Shown piece after piece: positions 63,766-64,000 of a DNA stretch of 64,000 bases; the stretch's first letter is position 1, and each line of letters opens with the position of its first letter. The notes under the pieces were generated by a model. The model was not told the DNA's origin. It saw only the letters and a program-made list of their open reading frames with translations, and did not search any database. The stretch is from Flavobacteriales bacterium (lineage in GTDB: Bacteria; Bacteroidota; Bacteroidia; Flavobacteriales_E; Vicingaceae): positions 36,073-100,072 of the forward strand of contig JACJZD010000006.1 of assembly GCA_020635795.1 (NCBI GenBank), written 5' to 3'. Both the position numbers and the translations under genes were made by a program.

Positions 63766-64000
63766 ATGGAAATAAAGCTACAAAGAAAAAATAAAGCGTT
63801 TCATTACGAAGCAATAAACCCAGATAAAATAGTTGTAAATATTGATGCTAATGCTGCCATTGGTGGCGAAGGAAAAGGAGTAAGACCTATGGAATTGGTT
63901 TTAATGGGGCTTGGTGGTTGTGCCAGTATTGATTTGGGTTTGATACTAAAAAAGCAAAAACAAGAACTGGAAGATTATCAAGTAACTATTACAGCAACTA
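63766..64000 (+). CDS. OsmC family protein, N-terminal part (runs off window end)
   Basis: ATG 63766, 1 nt after the upstream stop. MEIKLQRKNKAFHYEA...GKGVRPMELVLMGLGGCASIDL matches the OsmC/Ohr-like Cys region. Confidence 0.6.
   Translation, partial: MEIKLQRKNKAFHYEAINPDKIVVNIDANAAIGGEGKGVRPMELVLMGLGGCASIDLGLILKKQKQELEDYQVTITAT

Overview
AT-rich (roughly one-third GC by eye) chromosomal segment with Bacteroidota character, probably Flavobacteriia or Cryomorphaceae-like. Supporting signs are an HU-like/SPOR fusion protein, TPR/PD40 secreted proteins, TAnnTTTG-type -7 boxes, no obvious Shine-Dalgarno sequences, and several families of short GC-rich hairpin repeats in intergenic DNA. About 57 protein genes are supportable, mostly housekeeping: acyl-CoA carboxyltransferase, rnhA, thyA, cdaA, miaA, surE, lpxB, queA, ispD, ctp, yidD, rnpA, polA and glyQS. 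I saw no rRNA, tRNA, CRISPR array, integrase or transposase. All functional calls come from motifs read in the translations; no database search was run. Five things deserve a second look. (1) At 55981-56353 a complete SAM-I riboswitch is followed by an untracked 41-codon ORF ending in MCCMCCCIC. Its Cys codons sit inside mutually exclusive hairpins, at the head of a roughly 8 kb Met/sulfate-assimilation gene string (metX, hom, sulfite reductase, cobA, sirC, cysH, split yeeE). This looks like a candidate dual SAM plus Cys/Met-sensing leader. (2) A roughly 30-nt hairpin/G-tract element (sense form GCCCACCCCAACCCTCCC-NNN-GGGAGGG-AG) occurs six times. It always lies in the same orientation relative to local transcription. 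Four copies start 1-4 nt after a stop codon, and two are in-frame inside conserved genes (polA and a nitrilase-family amidase). (3) Further repeat-derived in-frame insertions occur in the amidase and the adjacent dehydrogenase. (4) An MbnP/MbnH-like (lipoprotein plus di-haem peroxidase) cluster carries a CxxC beta-barrel and a Cys-motif membrane protein but no TonB-dependent transporter. (5) A 147-bp MITE-like element and other palindromic repeat clusters are present.
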